From positions 82,857 to 106,856 of the forward strand of contig SFDE01000008.1 of NCBI GenBank assembly GCA_004558805.1: a DNA stretch of 24,000 bases, in the 5' to 3' direction. Source of the stretch: Faecalibacterium prausnitzii (GTDB lineage Bacteria; Bacillota; Clostridia; Oscillospirales; Ruminococcaceae). The translations under genes were made by a program, and so were the position numbers. Shown in pieces: positions 8,732 through 18,276 of the stretch (positions are counted from its first letter, which is position 1; each line of letters opens with the position of its first letter). The notes under the pieces are model-generated. The model was not told the DNA's origin, did not search any database, and saw only the letters and a list, made by a program, of their open reading frames with translations.

Positions 8732-10789
8732 ATGGCAGAGGGAAAATTTGAGCTGGTGTCCTCTTACCAGCCCACCGGCGACCAGCCTCAGGCGATCCGG
8801 CAGCTGGTGGAGGGGGTAGAGAAGGGGGACCGCTGCCAGACCCTGCTGGGTGTCACCGGCAGCGGCAAGACGTTTACCATGGCAAACGTCATTGCCCAGT
8901 GCAACCGCCCTACCCTGGTGCTGGCACATAATAAGACCCTTGCCGCCCAGCTGTGCACCGAGTTCCGGTCGTTTTTCCCCAACAATGCAGTGGAATACTT
9001 CGTCTCCTACTACGACTACTACCAGCCGGAGGCGTACATCCCCAGCACCGATACCTATATCGAAAAGGACAGTGCCATCAACGACGAGATCGACCGGCTG
9101 CGGCACTCCGCCACGGCGGCGCTGTCGGAGCGGCGGGATGTGATCATCGTGGCATCGGTGTCCTGTATCTATTCGCTGGGTGACCCCATCGACTACCGCA
9201 GCATGGTCATCAGCCTGCGCCCCGGGATGCAGATGGACCGGGATGCGCTGTGCGAAAAACTGGTGACTTTGCAATACGAACGCAACGACGTGAATTTTAT
9301 CCGCAACAAGTTCCGGGTCCACGGGGATGTGGTGGATATCTACCTTGCCTATATGAGCGAGATGGCGATCCGGGTGGAGTTTTTTGGGGACGAGATCGAC
9401 CGCATCACCGAGTTCAATCCTCTTACCGGCACCAAGCAGAATGTGGTGAAGCACGTGGCAATCTTTCCCGCCAGCCACTACATCGTCAGTGCCGAAAAGA
9501 AGGCGGCAGCACTGGAAAAGATCCGTGCCGAGTGCGATGCACAGGTAAAGCAGTTCACTGCCGAGGGCAAGCTCATTGAGGCGCAGCGCATTGCCCAGCG
9601 CACCAACTATGACATCGAGATGCTCAACGAGGTGGGCGTCTGCAAGGGCATCGAGAACTACTCGGCGGTGCTGTCCGGGCGTGCCCCCGGTACCATGCCC
9701 ACCACTTTGCTGGACTATTTCCCGGAGGATTTTCTGCTGTTCGTGGACGAGAGCCACGTTACCCTGCCTCAGGTCCGTGCCATGTACGGCGGGGACTATG
9801 CCCGGAAAAAAACTCTGGTGGAGTACGGCTTCCGGCTGCCTTCCGCCTTCGACAACCGTCCTCTGAAATTTGAGGAAGTGGAGTCCAAGCTGAACCAGAT
9901 GATCTTTGTGTCCGCCACCCCCGGAGAGTACGAGCGCCAGCACAGCACCGCAGTGGCACAGCAGGTGATCCGTCCCACCGGGCTGCTGGACCCCCTGATC
10001 TCGGTGCGTCCGGTGGAAGGACAGGTGGTGGACCTACTGAGGGAGATCAACGCCCGCATCCAGCGCAGCGAGCGGGTGCTGGTGACTACCCTGACCAAAA
10101 AGATGGCAGAGGACCTTACGGATTATCTTACCGGGCAGGGTATCAAGGTCAAGTATATGCACCACGAGGTGGATACCTTTGAGCGGATGGAAATTATCAA
10201 GGACCTGCGTTTGGGCTCTATCGATGTGGTGGTAGGCATCAATCTGCTGCGGGAGGGTCTGGACCTGCCGGAGGTGAGTCTGGTGGCAATTCTGGACGCA
10301 GATAAGGAGGGGTTCCTCCGCAGCGAGACCAGCCTGATCCAGACCATCGGACGTGCCGCCCGCAATGCAGAGGGTTTGGTGATCATGTACGCCGATGTTG
10401 TTACCGACAGCATGGACCGTGCCATAACCGAGACTGAGCGCCGCCGCAGCATTCAGATGGCGTACAACCAGGAGCATGGCATCGTGCCCAAAACCATCGT
10501 TAAAGCCATCGCCGACAGCATCGAGATCAGCGATAAGGCAGAAAACGCTAAAAGGAATACCCGCCGTATGGGTAAGATGGAGCGTGAGGCTGCCATTGAC
10601 CGGCTGACTCGGGAGATGAAGGAGGCGGCAAAGCTGCTGGAATTCGAGCACGCCGCTTTCCTGCGGGACCAGATCGACCGGCTGCGCCGGGGCGAAAACC
10701 CCACGGTGGATTCCGCTGCCGAGACGGAGCGCAAACAGAACCACGCACAGACACAACGAAAAGGGAGAAAATACTTTGGCAAACGATAA
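8732..10789 (+). CDS. uvrB: Excinuclease ABC subunit B
   Basis: ORF track 8690..10789. I trimmed the start to ATG 8732 (GGAGAGGAG upstream). The N-terminus is [22 protein letters not shown], with Walker A GVTGSGKT, helicase motifs and the C-terminal UVR motif [13 protein letters not shown]. Confidence 0.97.
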   Translation: MAEGKFELVSSYQPTGDQPQAIRQLVEGVEKGDRCQTLLGVTGSGKTFTMANVIAQCNRPTLVLAHNKTLAAQLCTEFRSFFPNNAVEYFVSYYDYYQPEAYIPSTDTYIEKDSAINDEIDRLRHSATAALSERRDVIIVASVSCIYSLGDPIDYRSMVISLRPGMQMDRDALCEKLVTLQYERNDVNFIRNKFRVHGDVVDIYLAYMSEMAIRVEFFGDEIDRITEFNPLTGTKQNVVKHVAIFPASHYIVSAEKKAAALEKIRAECDAQVKQFTAEGKLIEAQRIAQRTNYDIEMLNEVGVCKGIENYSAVLSGRAPGTMPTTLLDYFPEDFLLFVDESHVTLPQVRAMYGGDYARKKTLVEYGFRLPSAFDNRPLKFEEVESKLNQMIFVSATPGEYERQHSTAVAQQVIRPTGLLDPLISVRPVEGQVVDLLREINARIQRSERVLVTTLTKKMAEDLTDYLTGQGIKVKYMHHEVDTFERMEIIKDLRLGSIDVVVGINLLREGLDLPEVSLVAILDADKEGFLRSETSLIQTIGRAARNAEGLVIMYADVVTDSMDRAITETERRRSIQMAYNQEHGIVPKTIVKAIADSIEISDKAENAKRNTRRMGKMEREAAIDRLTREMKEAAKLLEFEHAAFLRDQIDRLRRGENPTVDSAAETERKQNHAQTQRKGRKYFGKR

Positions 10790-13649
10790 GATTGTCATTA
10801 AAGGTGCCCGCGAGCACAATCTGAAAAACGTAAACCTGACCCTTCCCCGGGAGAAGCTCATTGTCATGACTGGACTTTCCGGTTCCGGCAAGTCCAGCCT
10901 CGCCTTTGACACGATCTACGCAGACGGGCAGCGCCGCTATGTGGAGAGCTTGTCCAGTTATGCCCGGATGTTTCTGGGACGGATGGATAAGCCGGATGTG
11001 GATGAGATCACCGGGCTTTCCCCCGCCATCTCCATCGACCAGAAAACCACCAGCCACAACCCCCGTTCCACCGTGGGCACCGTCACCGAGATCTACGACT
11101 ACCTGCGGCTGCTCTATGCCCGCATCGGGGTGCCCCACTGTCCGGTGTGCGGGCGGGTCATCAGCCAGCAGACCGTAGATGAGATGGTGGACGCCGTGCT
11201 CAAGCTGGAAGAGGGCGCAAAGTTTCAGGTCCTTGCTCCCGTGGTGCGCCAGCGCAAAGGCACCCAGCAGAAAGAGCTGGACGCCGCCCGCCGGGGCGGT
11301 TACGCCCGGGTCAAGATCGACGGAAGCCTCTACGATCTGGACGAGGAGATCAGTCTGGAAAAAAACATCAAGCACACGGTGGAGATCGTGGTGGATCGCC
11401 TTGTCCAGCGCAAGGGGATCCGGGGACGCTTGGCAGACTCACTGGAAACGGCACTGTCCCTTACCGGCGGCATTGCCGAGGTGGAGGTCATCGGCGGCGA
11501 GTGCATGACCTTCAGCCAGAACTTTGCCTGCCCGGAACATGGCATCTCCATCAGTGACCTTTCCCCTCGGTTGTTCTCCTTCAATAACCCTCAGGGAGCA
11601 TGCGAAAAATGCACCGGTCTGGGCACCTTTATGCGGGTGGATGAGGAACGGATCCTGCCCAACCGCAACCTTTCCATCCGGGAAGGCGCCATCAAGGCAA
11701 GCGGCTGGTATTACGCCGAGGGCTCGGTCAGTGAGATGTATTATCTGGGACTGGGCAAAAAATACGGTTTTACGCTGGATACTCCCATTAAAGAGATGAG
11801 CACCGAAGCGGTAAACGCCCTGCTCTACGGCACCAACGGCGAAAAGATCGAGATGCACCGCACCAACGAGTTTGGAAGTGGTGTGTACTACAATTCCTTC
11901 GAGGGCATCGTGGAGAATCTGGAACGCCGGTTCCGGGAGACCAACAGCGAGTGGATGAAGGAGGAGATCGGCAGCTTTATGTCCGGGGTGGAGTGCCCGG
12001 ACTGCCATGGCAAGCGGCTGAAGCCGGTGGTCCTTGCAGTGACCGTCGGAGACAAGAACATCAGCGATTTCTGTGAGATGTCCATCCGGGATGAGCTGAA
12101 ATTCATCGGGGACAATGAGCCGCATCTTACCGAAAAGCAGAAGCAGATCGGCGGACAGATCATGAAGGAGATCAAAAGCCGCCTGCAGTTTTTGCAGAGC
12201 GTGGGGCTGGATTACCTGACTCTGGCGCGGGCGGCGGGCACCCTTTCCGGCGGCGAGAGCCAGCGGATCCGGCTGACCACCCAGATCGGCAGCGCCCTTT
12301 CGGGGGTACTCTACGTGCTGGACGAGCCTTCCATCGGGCTGCACCAGCGGGATAACGACAAGCTCATCGGCACCTTGAAAAACCTCCGGGATCTGGGCAA
12401 CACAGTGATCGTGGTGGAACACGACGAGGATACCATGCGCAGCGCAGACTACATTGTGGACGTGGGACCCGGTGCCGGTGTCCATGGCGGCGAGATCGTG
12501 GCGGCAGGCAGTATCAAGGACATCTGCAAGGCAAAGCGCAGCATCACCGGCGATTACCTCTCCGGTCGCAAGCGGATCCCGGTGCCCTTTACCCGACGCA
12601 CCGGCAACGGCAACTTCCTCACGGTAAAAGGCGCACGGGAAAACAACCTGAGGAACATTGACGTGAGCTTCCCGCTGGGGGAGTTCATCTGCGTCACTGG
12701 CATCTCCGGCTCCGGAAAATCCAGCCTTATCAACGAGATCCTGTACAAGACCCTTGCCAGCGAGCTGAACGGGGCACGTTCCCGTGCCGGCAAGTGCGAC
12801 GGGGTAGAAGGGCTGGAATTTGTGGACAAGGTCATTGGCATCGATCAGCAGCCCATCGGACGGACCCCTCGGTCCAATCCTGCCACCTACACCGGGGTGT
12901 TCAACGACATCCGCACCGTGTTTTCCCAGACCCAGGACGCAAAGATGCGGGGCTATGGTCCTGGGCGGTTCAGCTTCAATGTTAAGGGCGGACGCTGCGA
13001 GGCATGCGAGGGCAACGGAATTTTACAGATCGAGATGCACTTCCTGCCGGACGTCTATGTGCCCTGTGAGGTGTGCAAGGGAGCAAGGTACAACCGGGAG
13101 ACCCTGGAGGTAAAATACAAGGAAAAGACCATCTCTCAGGTGCTGAACATGACGGTGGAGGAGGCGGCGGTGTTCTTTGCCAACCAGCCCAAGATCGCCC
13201 GGAAACTGCAGACCCTGCTGGATGTAGGTCTGGGCTATGTGACTCTGGGGCAGAGCGCCACCACTCTTTCCGGCGGCGAGGCACAGCGTGTGAAGCTTGC
13301 CAACGAGCTGGCTCGCCGCAGCACGGGCAAGACGGTGTATATTCTGGATGAGCCTACCACCGGCTTGCACATTGCAGATGTACACCGGCTTATTGAAGTG
13401 CTGCAGAAGCTGGTGGACGCCGGAAACACCGTCATCGTCATTGAACACAATCTGGACCTCATCAAATGCGCCGACCATGTTATTGATCTGGGACCGGAAG
13501 GCGGCAGTGCCGGCGGCGAGATCGTGGCAACGGGGACCCCGGAGCAAGTGGCACAAGTGCCCCAGAGCTTTACCGGACAGTACCTCAAACCGTTGCTGGA
13601 AAAAGACTTGCAGTTCCGCAAGGCGGAAACAGAAAAACAGCAGAATTAA
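10776..13649 (+). CDS. uvrA: Excinuclease ABC subunit A
   Basis: 957 aa beginning [19 protein letters not shown]. The start is TTG at 10776 (AAGGGAG upstream) and overlaps the uvrB 3' end by 14 nt. There are two ABC modules ([18 protein letters not shown]; [16 protein letters not shown]) and CxxC zinc modules. Confidence 0.97.
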   Translation: MANDKIVIKGAREHNLKNVNLTLPREKLIVMTGLSGSGKSSLAFDTIYADGQRRYVESLSSYARMFLGRMDKPDVDEITGLSPAISIDQKTTSHNPRSTVGTVTEIYDYLRLLYARIGVPHCPVCGRVISQQTVDEMVDAVLKLEEGAKFQVLAPVVRQRKGTQQKELDAARRGGYARVKIDGSLYDLDEEISLEKNIKHTVEIVVDRLVQRKGIRGRLADSLETALSLTGGIAEVEVIGGECMTFSQNFACPEHGISISDLSPRLFSFNNPQGACEKCTGLGTFMRVDEERILPNRNLSIREGAIKASGWYYAEGSVSEMYYLGLGKKYGFTLDTPIKEMSTEAVNALLYGTNGEKIEMHRTNEFGSGVYYNSFEGIVENLERRFRETNSEWMKEEIGSFMSGVECPDCHGKRLKPVVLAVTVGDKNISDFCEMSIRDELKFIGDNEPHLTEKQKQIGGQIMKEIKSRLQFLQSVGLDYLTLARAAGTLSGGESQRIRLTTQIGSALSGVLYVLDEPSIGLHQRDNDKLIGTLKNLRDLGNTVIVVEHDEDTMRSADYIVDVGPGAGVHGGEIVAAGSIKDICKAKRSITGDYLSGRKRIPVPFTRRTGNGNFLTVKGARENNLRNIDVSFPLGEFICVTGISGSGKSSLINEILYKTLASELNGARSRAGKCDGVEGLEFVDKVIGIDQQPIGRTPRSNPATYTGVFNDIRTVFSQTQDAKMRGYGPGRFSFNVKGGRCEACEGNGILQIEMHFLPDVYVPCEVCKGARYNRETLEVKYKEKTISQVLNMTVEEAAVFFANQPKIARKLQTLLDVGLGYVTLGQSATTLSGGEAQRVKLANELARRSTGKTVYILDEPTTGLHIADVHRLIEVLQKLVDAGNTVIVIEHNLDLIKCADHVIDLGPEGGSAGGEIVATGTPEQVAQVPQSFTGQYLKPLLEKDLQFRKAETEKQQN

Positions 13650-13714
13650 AAAGAACGACTCTGCGCAATAATCAGACTTTTCTGAAAAAATATGAAAAAA
13701 TAGGCGGAAAAGTG

Positions 13715-13743
13715 TTGACAAAACGGCACCACCTGAGTATAAT
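13715..13743 (+). promoter_or_regulatory. Perfect consensus sigma-A promoter upstream of the tRNA-Pro remnant
   Basis: TTGACA (13715-13720), exactly 17 nt, then TATAAT (13738-13743). The tRNA-like sequence starts about 44 nt further on. Confidence 0.7.
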
Positions 13744-13786
13744 GTCTCTTGTCGCCACGCTTCGGTAGGGAAGCGGCGGTCGATAT

Positions 13787-13843
13787 CCGGGTGTAGCGCA
13801 GTTTTGGTAGCGCGCTTGAATGGGGTTCAAGAGGCCGTGAGTT
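13787..13843 (+). pseudogene. 5' portion (positions 1 to ~55) of tRNA-Pro, anticodon GGG; the canonical sequence stops in the T-loop
   Basis: Hand fold: acceptor CCGGGTG, U8 A9, D arm GCGC-AGTTTTGGTA-GCGC, G26, anticodon arm CTTGA-AT GGG GT-TCAAG (U33, GGG, G37), variable AGGCC, T stem 5' half GTGAG, then TT. The following sequence, TTTGACCACAATGCC, cannot pair with GTGAG or with the acceptor (CTCAC and CACCCGG would be needed). Confidence 0.6.
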
Positions 13844-13996
13844 TTTGACCACAATGCCAACGATTTTATCTGGTCAATCGCAGGGGTAGGTGGGCTTTTT
13901 TGAACGCAACATCATCTGCTGCGATATGCGGGCCAGCGTTGATGCTAACGATTTGAAAAGCTGGCTCGCGATAATTCGTGCCGCTCCGTCCAATTT

Positions 13997-14739
13997 TCAG
14001 GCCGAAAACGCCTCACTGAACAACTGAATCGCACTTTGCCGAATGGATTCCTGCACATGGAGATAATGCTCCGTTATATCGGTGTCGGCGTGGCCTACGA
14101 TGCTCTGGATGGTCTGAATGTCCACGCCCAACGCCTGCATCTGCGACACATAGGTGTGGCGGCAGCTGTGCGGCGTGAGCAAGCGGACATCGCCCGCTTC
14201 TTCCAGAGATTTGCGGAATACATCTTACGACCTTTACTGCCTGCCGGATGTGAATGACAGAGCCATCTTCTTCAATAAACTGCGGCTCCAAAGCCAGAAG
14301 TTCCTGCATTCTCATTCCAGTGCCGAGCAAAAGCCGGATGCTCAAGCCCATGCGGTCATCGGGGAGAACCTTGGCTTCTGCCTTTTGGAAAATCTGGTAG
14401 AGCATCCCTCGTGCCTTGCTGATGTAAGAATCCCTCTTTGAGCATTTTCAGGCAGTATTTATAGCTTTCCTGTGTCGTGGGAGCGATATTATCCTTGTGA
14501 CCCTCGAACCATGTATCTGCCCAATCCTCGAAGTACAGGATCGTGTCCAGCTGGACACCGCTGATAAGCGCATCCTGATACTCTTTCAGTTTGAGCTTGA
14601 CCTCCTTCTGAGTCTTGCCATAGAAGGTCTTGAAGTGCGGCGAACCATCTTTCTGGTAGCCGTCCATCATACGTAATTCCCAGCGACCATCGCTGCGGTG
14701 GTGAAGCGTACCCTCGCCGTGTGAACGTTTGCTTGGCAT
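13997..14739 (-). pseudogene. Tyrosine recombinase (phage/ICE-type integrase) remnant, split over three frames with internal deletions
   Basis: Three ORF-track pieces on the minus strand cover this gene. 14739-14356 holds the N-terminal arm-binding/SAM-like part (MPSKRSHGEGTLHHRSDGRWE..DWADTWFEGHKDNIAPTTQESY). 14405-~14225 holds the catalytic-Arg region (LSIRLLLGTGMRMQELLAL..GSVIHIRQAVKV). ~14225-13997 holds the C-terminal box (LLTPHSCRHTYVSQMQALGVD..IVGHADTDITEHYLHV). The summed length is about 248 codons, against the 350-400 aa usual for this family. AGGAAGGAGG precedes ATG 14739. Confidence 0.85.
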
Positions 14740-14997
14740 ATTGCCTCCTTCCTGATGTCAAGTCGTTTCTGGAATAGTATAGAAAAAGAAACCTCTTGAA
14801 TATAGCTTTTGGGGAATGTGCTGATTATATCCTAAAAATTTGTATACTTCAATACGTTAAAGAAAGTTTGGAGAACCATTCAAAGAAATGCTCCAAACAA
14901 AAGCGGAATGCAGTTGTTTTGACATAGCAACGCTACTTATATAGAGTAAAGCACTACTTATAAATAGTGGTGTCAGGAATTGAGATTTTGTGATACC

Positions 14998-15067
14998 AAA
15001 AAAGACACCCTCGCTTTTGATAGGAATCTCATGCAGGAATGTCCTTATCTCAACGCAAAGGTGTCTT
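14998..15067 (-). terminator. Possible long-stem terminator after lacZ
   Basis: On the minus strand, AAGACACC (complement of 15060-15067) pairs with GGTGTCTT (complement of 15002-15009) and is followed by a U-run (A-run 14998-15003 on the plus strand). The loop is about 50 nt with an internal imperfect hairpin. An alternative ACCCTCG/CGAGGGT pairing also exists. Confidence 0.35.
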
Positions 15068-15078
15068 AATAACGAGGG

Positions 15079-18000
15079 TCAGATGCCACGGAACATAAAG
15101 GTGAACTCCACAGGCTTGGTCACATCAGGAATATACTCCGGGTGGACATTGGCACCCCAGCTGTCATCACCGCCGACGCCCATCTGCTCGCCCATAGCAC
15201 GGATGACCGTGTAATGGACCGGGGGCAGCTCGTAAGGATGCTTGGCACTCTCCATTTCATGGGGAGTGTAGGGCAGCGCAGAGAAGAACATGGGCTTTGC
15301 GGCATCTGCGGTAAACAGCAGCCCGCGACCCTTGCGGTCCACTACCTTTGCCCAGCGCACAGCGGTCTTTGCGCCACACTCCTGCGGCACAAGGTACTGT
15401 GCCATGTTGTCTGCGACCTTGTTCTGGTAAATGCCCAGCTTTGCACCATGCTGACGATCCCAGTAGGTTTCCGCAGGGCCGTTTCCGTACCACTCCACCG
15501 TGTCGTAGTCAGCGTCGATCTTGAACAGTACGCCGAACTCCGGCATTGCTGCAAGTCCTTCCACCGGGTCATAGTGCAGGGTGGTCTGGATGCGGCCATC
15601 ACCGAACACACGGTACTGCAGGCTGCACTCTGCTGCGGGGCTGGTCTGGAGGTTATAGAGATAGGTCACGACCACGCTGTCGGCTTCTACCTCGCAGGTG
15701 GGGTTCTGGAGGATGGTGCCGCCATGAACAGACGGGATCTCCTTGCCGATGCCCTTGGCGGTAGCGTACAGGCTTGCCAGCTTCCACTGACCGCGAACGC
15801 CGCCCATGTTGTTGCCGCAGTCGTTGTCGGTGGGAGCGCGCCAGAAGTTGGGACGGGGGATCTCCTGAATCATCTCCTTGCCGGCATAGCGGTAGGAAGT
15901 CAGACCGCCGTTCAGATCGGAGAACAAAACATCGAAATTCTCACCACGGACACCGATGTTGTGCGTACCGTGCGTAACGGTAAACGGCGTGACCTTCTTG
16001 CTGGGAATGGAACGGACCACAGCGATCACACCCTGTCCAAAGGCGACTTCATGACCCTTCTTTGCCCAGCTGGTGTCCTCCTTCAAACGGAAGCTGATGG
16101 TCACTGCATATTCACCGGGGAGCGCAGGAACCATAAACGGCAGCGGGAAGCTGGAACGCTCTTCAGGAGCAACATTAATATTGGTCAGTTCCTGTTGCTG
16201 ATACAACTTTCCATCACGATGCAGCAGTGCAACGCAGTCGAAAGCATCCGTAGAGGTGAACAGGTTCTTATTCCAGACTTTGAAGCCAGAATTGTCGATG
16301 GAAACAGCGATGTTCTGATAGCAGAACTTGACCTCCTGCATCTTGGGAGAAGGAGCACGGTCACCACCGTAGGCAATGCCGTTTCCGCTGAAATTATAGT
16401 CGGTAGGACGCTCACCGAAGTCGCCACCGTAGGCTTGGAACCACTTGCCGTAGCGGTCTTTTTTCCAGATGGACTGGTCGATGTAATCCCAGATGAAGCC
16501 GCCCTGATAGCCGCAGTCCTTCTGGTCGGCAAGCTCCGTGTACTTGTGCAAAGCACCGTTGGAGTTGCCCATAGCATGAGAATATTCGCACTCGATATAA
16601 GGCCGCTTATCGCCCTGTGCCAGATACTCTTTAATGTCCTTCACAGTGCTGTACATATGGCTCTCAATATCGGTGGTTTCGAGGAAACGGGGATCATTGA
16701 CCACACCTTCGTAATGCACCAGACGGGTGTCATCCAAGCGGCGGACCATCTCTGCCATTTGGAGCAGGGTCTCACCGCCAAACGATTCGTTGCCCAGAGA
16801 CCAGATCAGAACAGCAGGATGGTTTTTGTCACGCTGGTAAGTGGAATTCATGCGGTCAAACAAGACAGCTTTCCACTCCGGCTTATCATTGGGCAAAACG
16901 CCCTCGATGCCGCGAATGCCCGCCTGATGGATGTCCCATGTGCCATGGGATTCCAGATTGTTCTCTGCGATCAGATACAGACCATACTCGTCGCACAGGT
17001 CGTACAGCGCATCCTGATTCTGGTAATGGCTGGTACGGATGGCATTGATGTTGTTCTGCTTCATGGTGATGATATCCCGAAGCAGTTCCTCATGGGTGTG
17101 TACGCCCACAGCACGACCCGTAATAGAGCTGAACTCATGACGGTTGGCACCCTTGAACACGATGCGCTTGCCATTGAGCAGCATCCGATTGTTCTTCAAC
17201 TCGAACTTGCGGAAACCGACTTTCTGCCCGGTCACCTCTACCAGATGGCCTGCATCGTCCAGCAGCTCAATTTCCAGTTCATACAGAGCGGGGTCCTCTG
17301 CACTCCACAGGTGGGGGTTCTCCACCGCATGGCTGAACAGAGCAGAACCGCCGTTCAGTGCGATTTTTTCGGAGAACACTTCCAGTTCACTGCGGCGCAG
17401 GGTCAGACGGGCTGCGCCCTTACCCTCCACCTGCAATGCAACTTCCAGCGTGGAATGAGTAAAATCATCCCCGGCAAACAGTGTTTTGACGGATATATCT
17501 TCCAGATGCACGGTGGGGATGGCGTACAGCCACACGCTGCGGAAGATGCCGGAGAAGCGGAAGAAGTCCTGATCTTCGCACCAGCTGGAGGAAGTCCACT
17601 TGAACACCTGCACGGCAAGTTTGTTCACGCCCGGCTGGAGATAGGGAGTCAGATCGAATGCGTGTGCGGAGAAGCTGTCCTCGGTGTAACCCACATAAGA
17701 CCCGTTCAGCCAAAGAGCCATGCCGCTTTCCACACCCTCGAACTCGATGTGGACGGGCTTGCCCTGCATGGATTCCGGCAGCTCGAAGTATTTCACATAG
17801 CTTGCCACCGGATTGAACCGCTGCGGGATCTCACCCGGCTGTACTTCTTCACGGCCATCCCACGGGTACTGAACATTCGCGTACTGGGGAATGTCGTAGC
17901 CCTCCATCTGGATGTGTGCCGGAACATGAATGTCATCCCAGCCGCTGCAATCGTAATCCGTCTTTTCAAAGCCGGGGATGGCACTGGTGTAGTTCTTTGC

Positions 18001-18162
18001 GTAGGCGAATTTCCAGATACCGTCCAGCTTCAGCGCCAAAGAAGAGGAGCCTGTCCGATATTCTTCGCGGGAAGCATAAGCACGGAAACTTGCATGAGCA
18101 TTCAGCACGTTTTCCTTGAAAAAGGTGGGGTCTTTTACTTTTGCAAAATCAAATGCAGCCAT
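15079..18162 (-). CDS. lacZ: Beta-galactosidase, glycoside hydrolase family 2
   Basis: 1027 aa. The acid/base motif is IWSLGNESFGG and the nucleophile motif is ECEYSHAMGNS. The full five-domain length matches LacZ. GAGGAAA lies upstream of ATG 18162. Confidence 0.93.
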   Translation of the reverse strand: MAAFDFAKVKDPTFFKENVLNAHASFRAYASREEYRTGSSSLALKLDGIWKFAYAKNYTSAIPGFEKTDYDCSGWDDIHVPAHIQMEGYDIPQYANVQYPWDGREEVQPGEIPQRFNPVASYVKYFELPESMQGKPVHIEFEGVESGMALWLNGSYVGYTEDSFSAHAFDLTPYLQPGVNKLAVQVFKWTSSSWCEDQDFFRFSGIFRSVWLYAIPTVHLEDISVKTLFAGDDFTHSTLEVALQVEGKGAARLTLRRSELEVFSEKIALNGGSALFSHAVENPHLWSAEDPALYELEIELLDDAGHLVEVTGQKVGFRKFELKNNRMLLNGKRIVFKGANRHEFSSITGRAVGVHTHEELLRDIITMKQNNINAIRTSHYQNQDALYDLCDEYGLYLIAENNLESHGTWDIHQAGIRGIEGVLPNDKPEWKAVLFDRMNSTYQRDKNHPAVLIWSLGNESFGGETLLQMAEMVRRLDDTRLVHYEGVVNDPRFLETTDIESHMYSTVKDIKEYLAQGDKRPYIECEYSHAMGNSNGALHKYTELADQKDCGYQGGFIWDYIDQSIWKKDRYGKWFQAYGGDFGERPTDYNFSGNGIAYGGDRAPSPKMQEVKFCYQNIAVSIDNSGFKVWNKNLFTSTDAFDCVALLHRDGKLYQQQELTNINVAPEERSSFPLPFMVPALPGEYAVTISFRLKEDTSWAKKGHEVAFGQGVIAVVRSIPSKKVTPFTVTHGTHNIGVRGENFDVLFSDLNGGLTSYRYAGKEMIQEIPRPNFWRAPTDNDCGNNMGGVRGQWKLASLYATAKGIGKEIPSVHGGTILQNPTCEVEADSVVVTYLYNLQTSPAAECSLQYRVFGDGRIQTTLHYDPVEGLAAMPEFGVLFKIDADYDTVEWYGNGPAETYWDRQHGAKLGIYQNKVADNMAQYLVPQECGAKTAVRWAKVVDRKGRGLLFTADAAKPMFFSALPYTPHEMESAKHPYELPPVHYTVIRAMGEQMGVGGDDSWGANVHPEYIPDVTKPVEFTFMFRGI

Positions 18163-18210
18163 AGTATTTCCTCATTTACCTTTTATAATTTTATAATATT
18201 TCTCCAGCCT

Positions 18211-18240
18211 CCCCGGAGGAATCGCTGGATTCCTCCGGGG
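18211..18240 (-). other. Perfect 13-bp GC-rich intercistronic hairpin between the permease and lacZ
   Basis: CCCCGGAGGAATC (18211-18223), a 4-nt loop GCTG, then GATTCCTCCGGGG (18228-18240). No U-tract follows on the minus strand. Confidence 0.7.
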
Positions 18241-18276
18241 AACAGCAGATGAAGGAGAAATGATAATGGCTTGTTA

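Noticed and set aside
10776-10789. The 14-nt uvrB/uvrA overlap with a TTG start as a possible recoding site
   Set aside because: The TTG is preceded by AAGGGAG at normal spacing, and the encoded N-terminus ([18 protein letters not shown]) is the canonical UvrA start. This is ordinary translational coupling.
13844-13996. Search for the missing tRNA-Pro 3' half, an att core repeat or a terminator between the tRNA remnant and the integrase
   Set aside because: There is no CTCAC...CACCCGG segment. The T6 run at 13896-13901 is not preceded by a complementary stem. Only short competing pairings exist (GACCA/TGGTC, CGATT/AATCG). An 8-nt match of TTTGACCA at 22535 is within chance expectation.
14919-15214. 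TTGACA at 14919-14924 with a weak -10, followed by a 74-aa GTG-initiated ORF (14990..15214)
   Set aside because: The -10 is poor (TAGAGT/TATAGA). The ORF has no RBS, overlaps the lacZ 3' end in antisense and crosses the probable lacZ terminator. It is most likely a chance match in AT-rich DNA.
15142-18252. 1036-aa plus-strand ORF spanning the whole of lacZ in antisense
   Set aside because: It is exactly codon-aligned with lacZ, so its openness only reflects the absence of TTA/CTA/TCA codons in lacZ. The product is compositionally odd with no recognisable motif, whereas the minus-strand product is a textbook GH2 enzyme. It is a shadow ORF.
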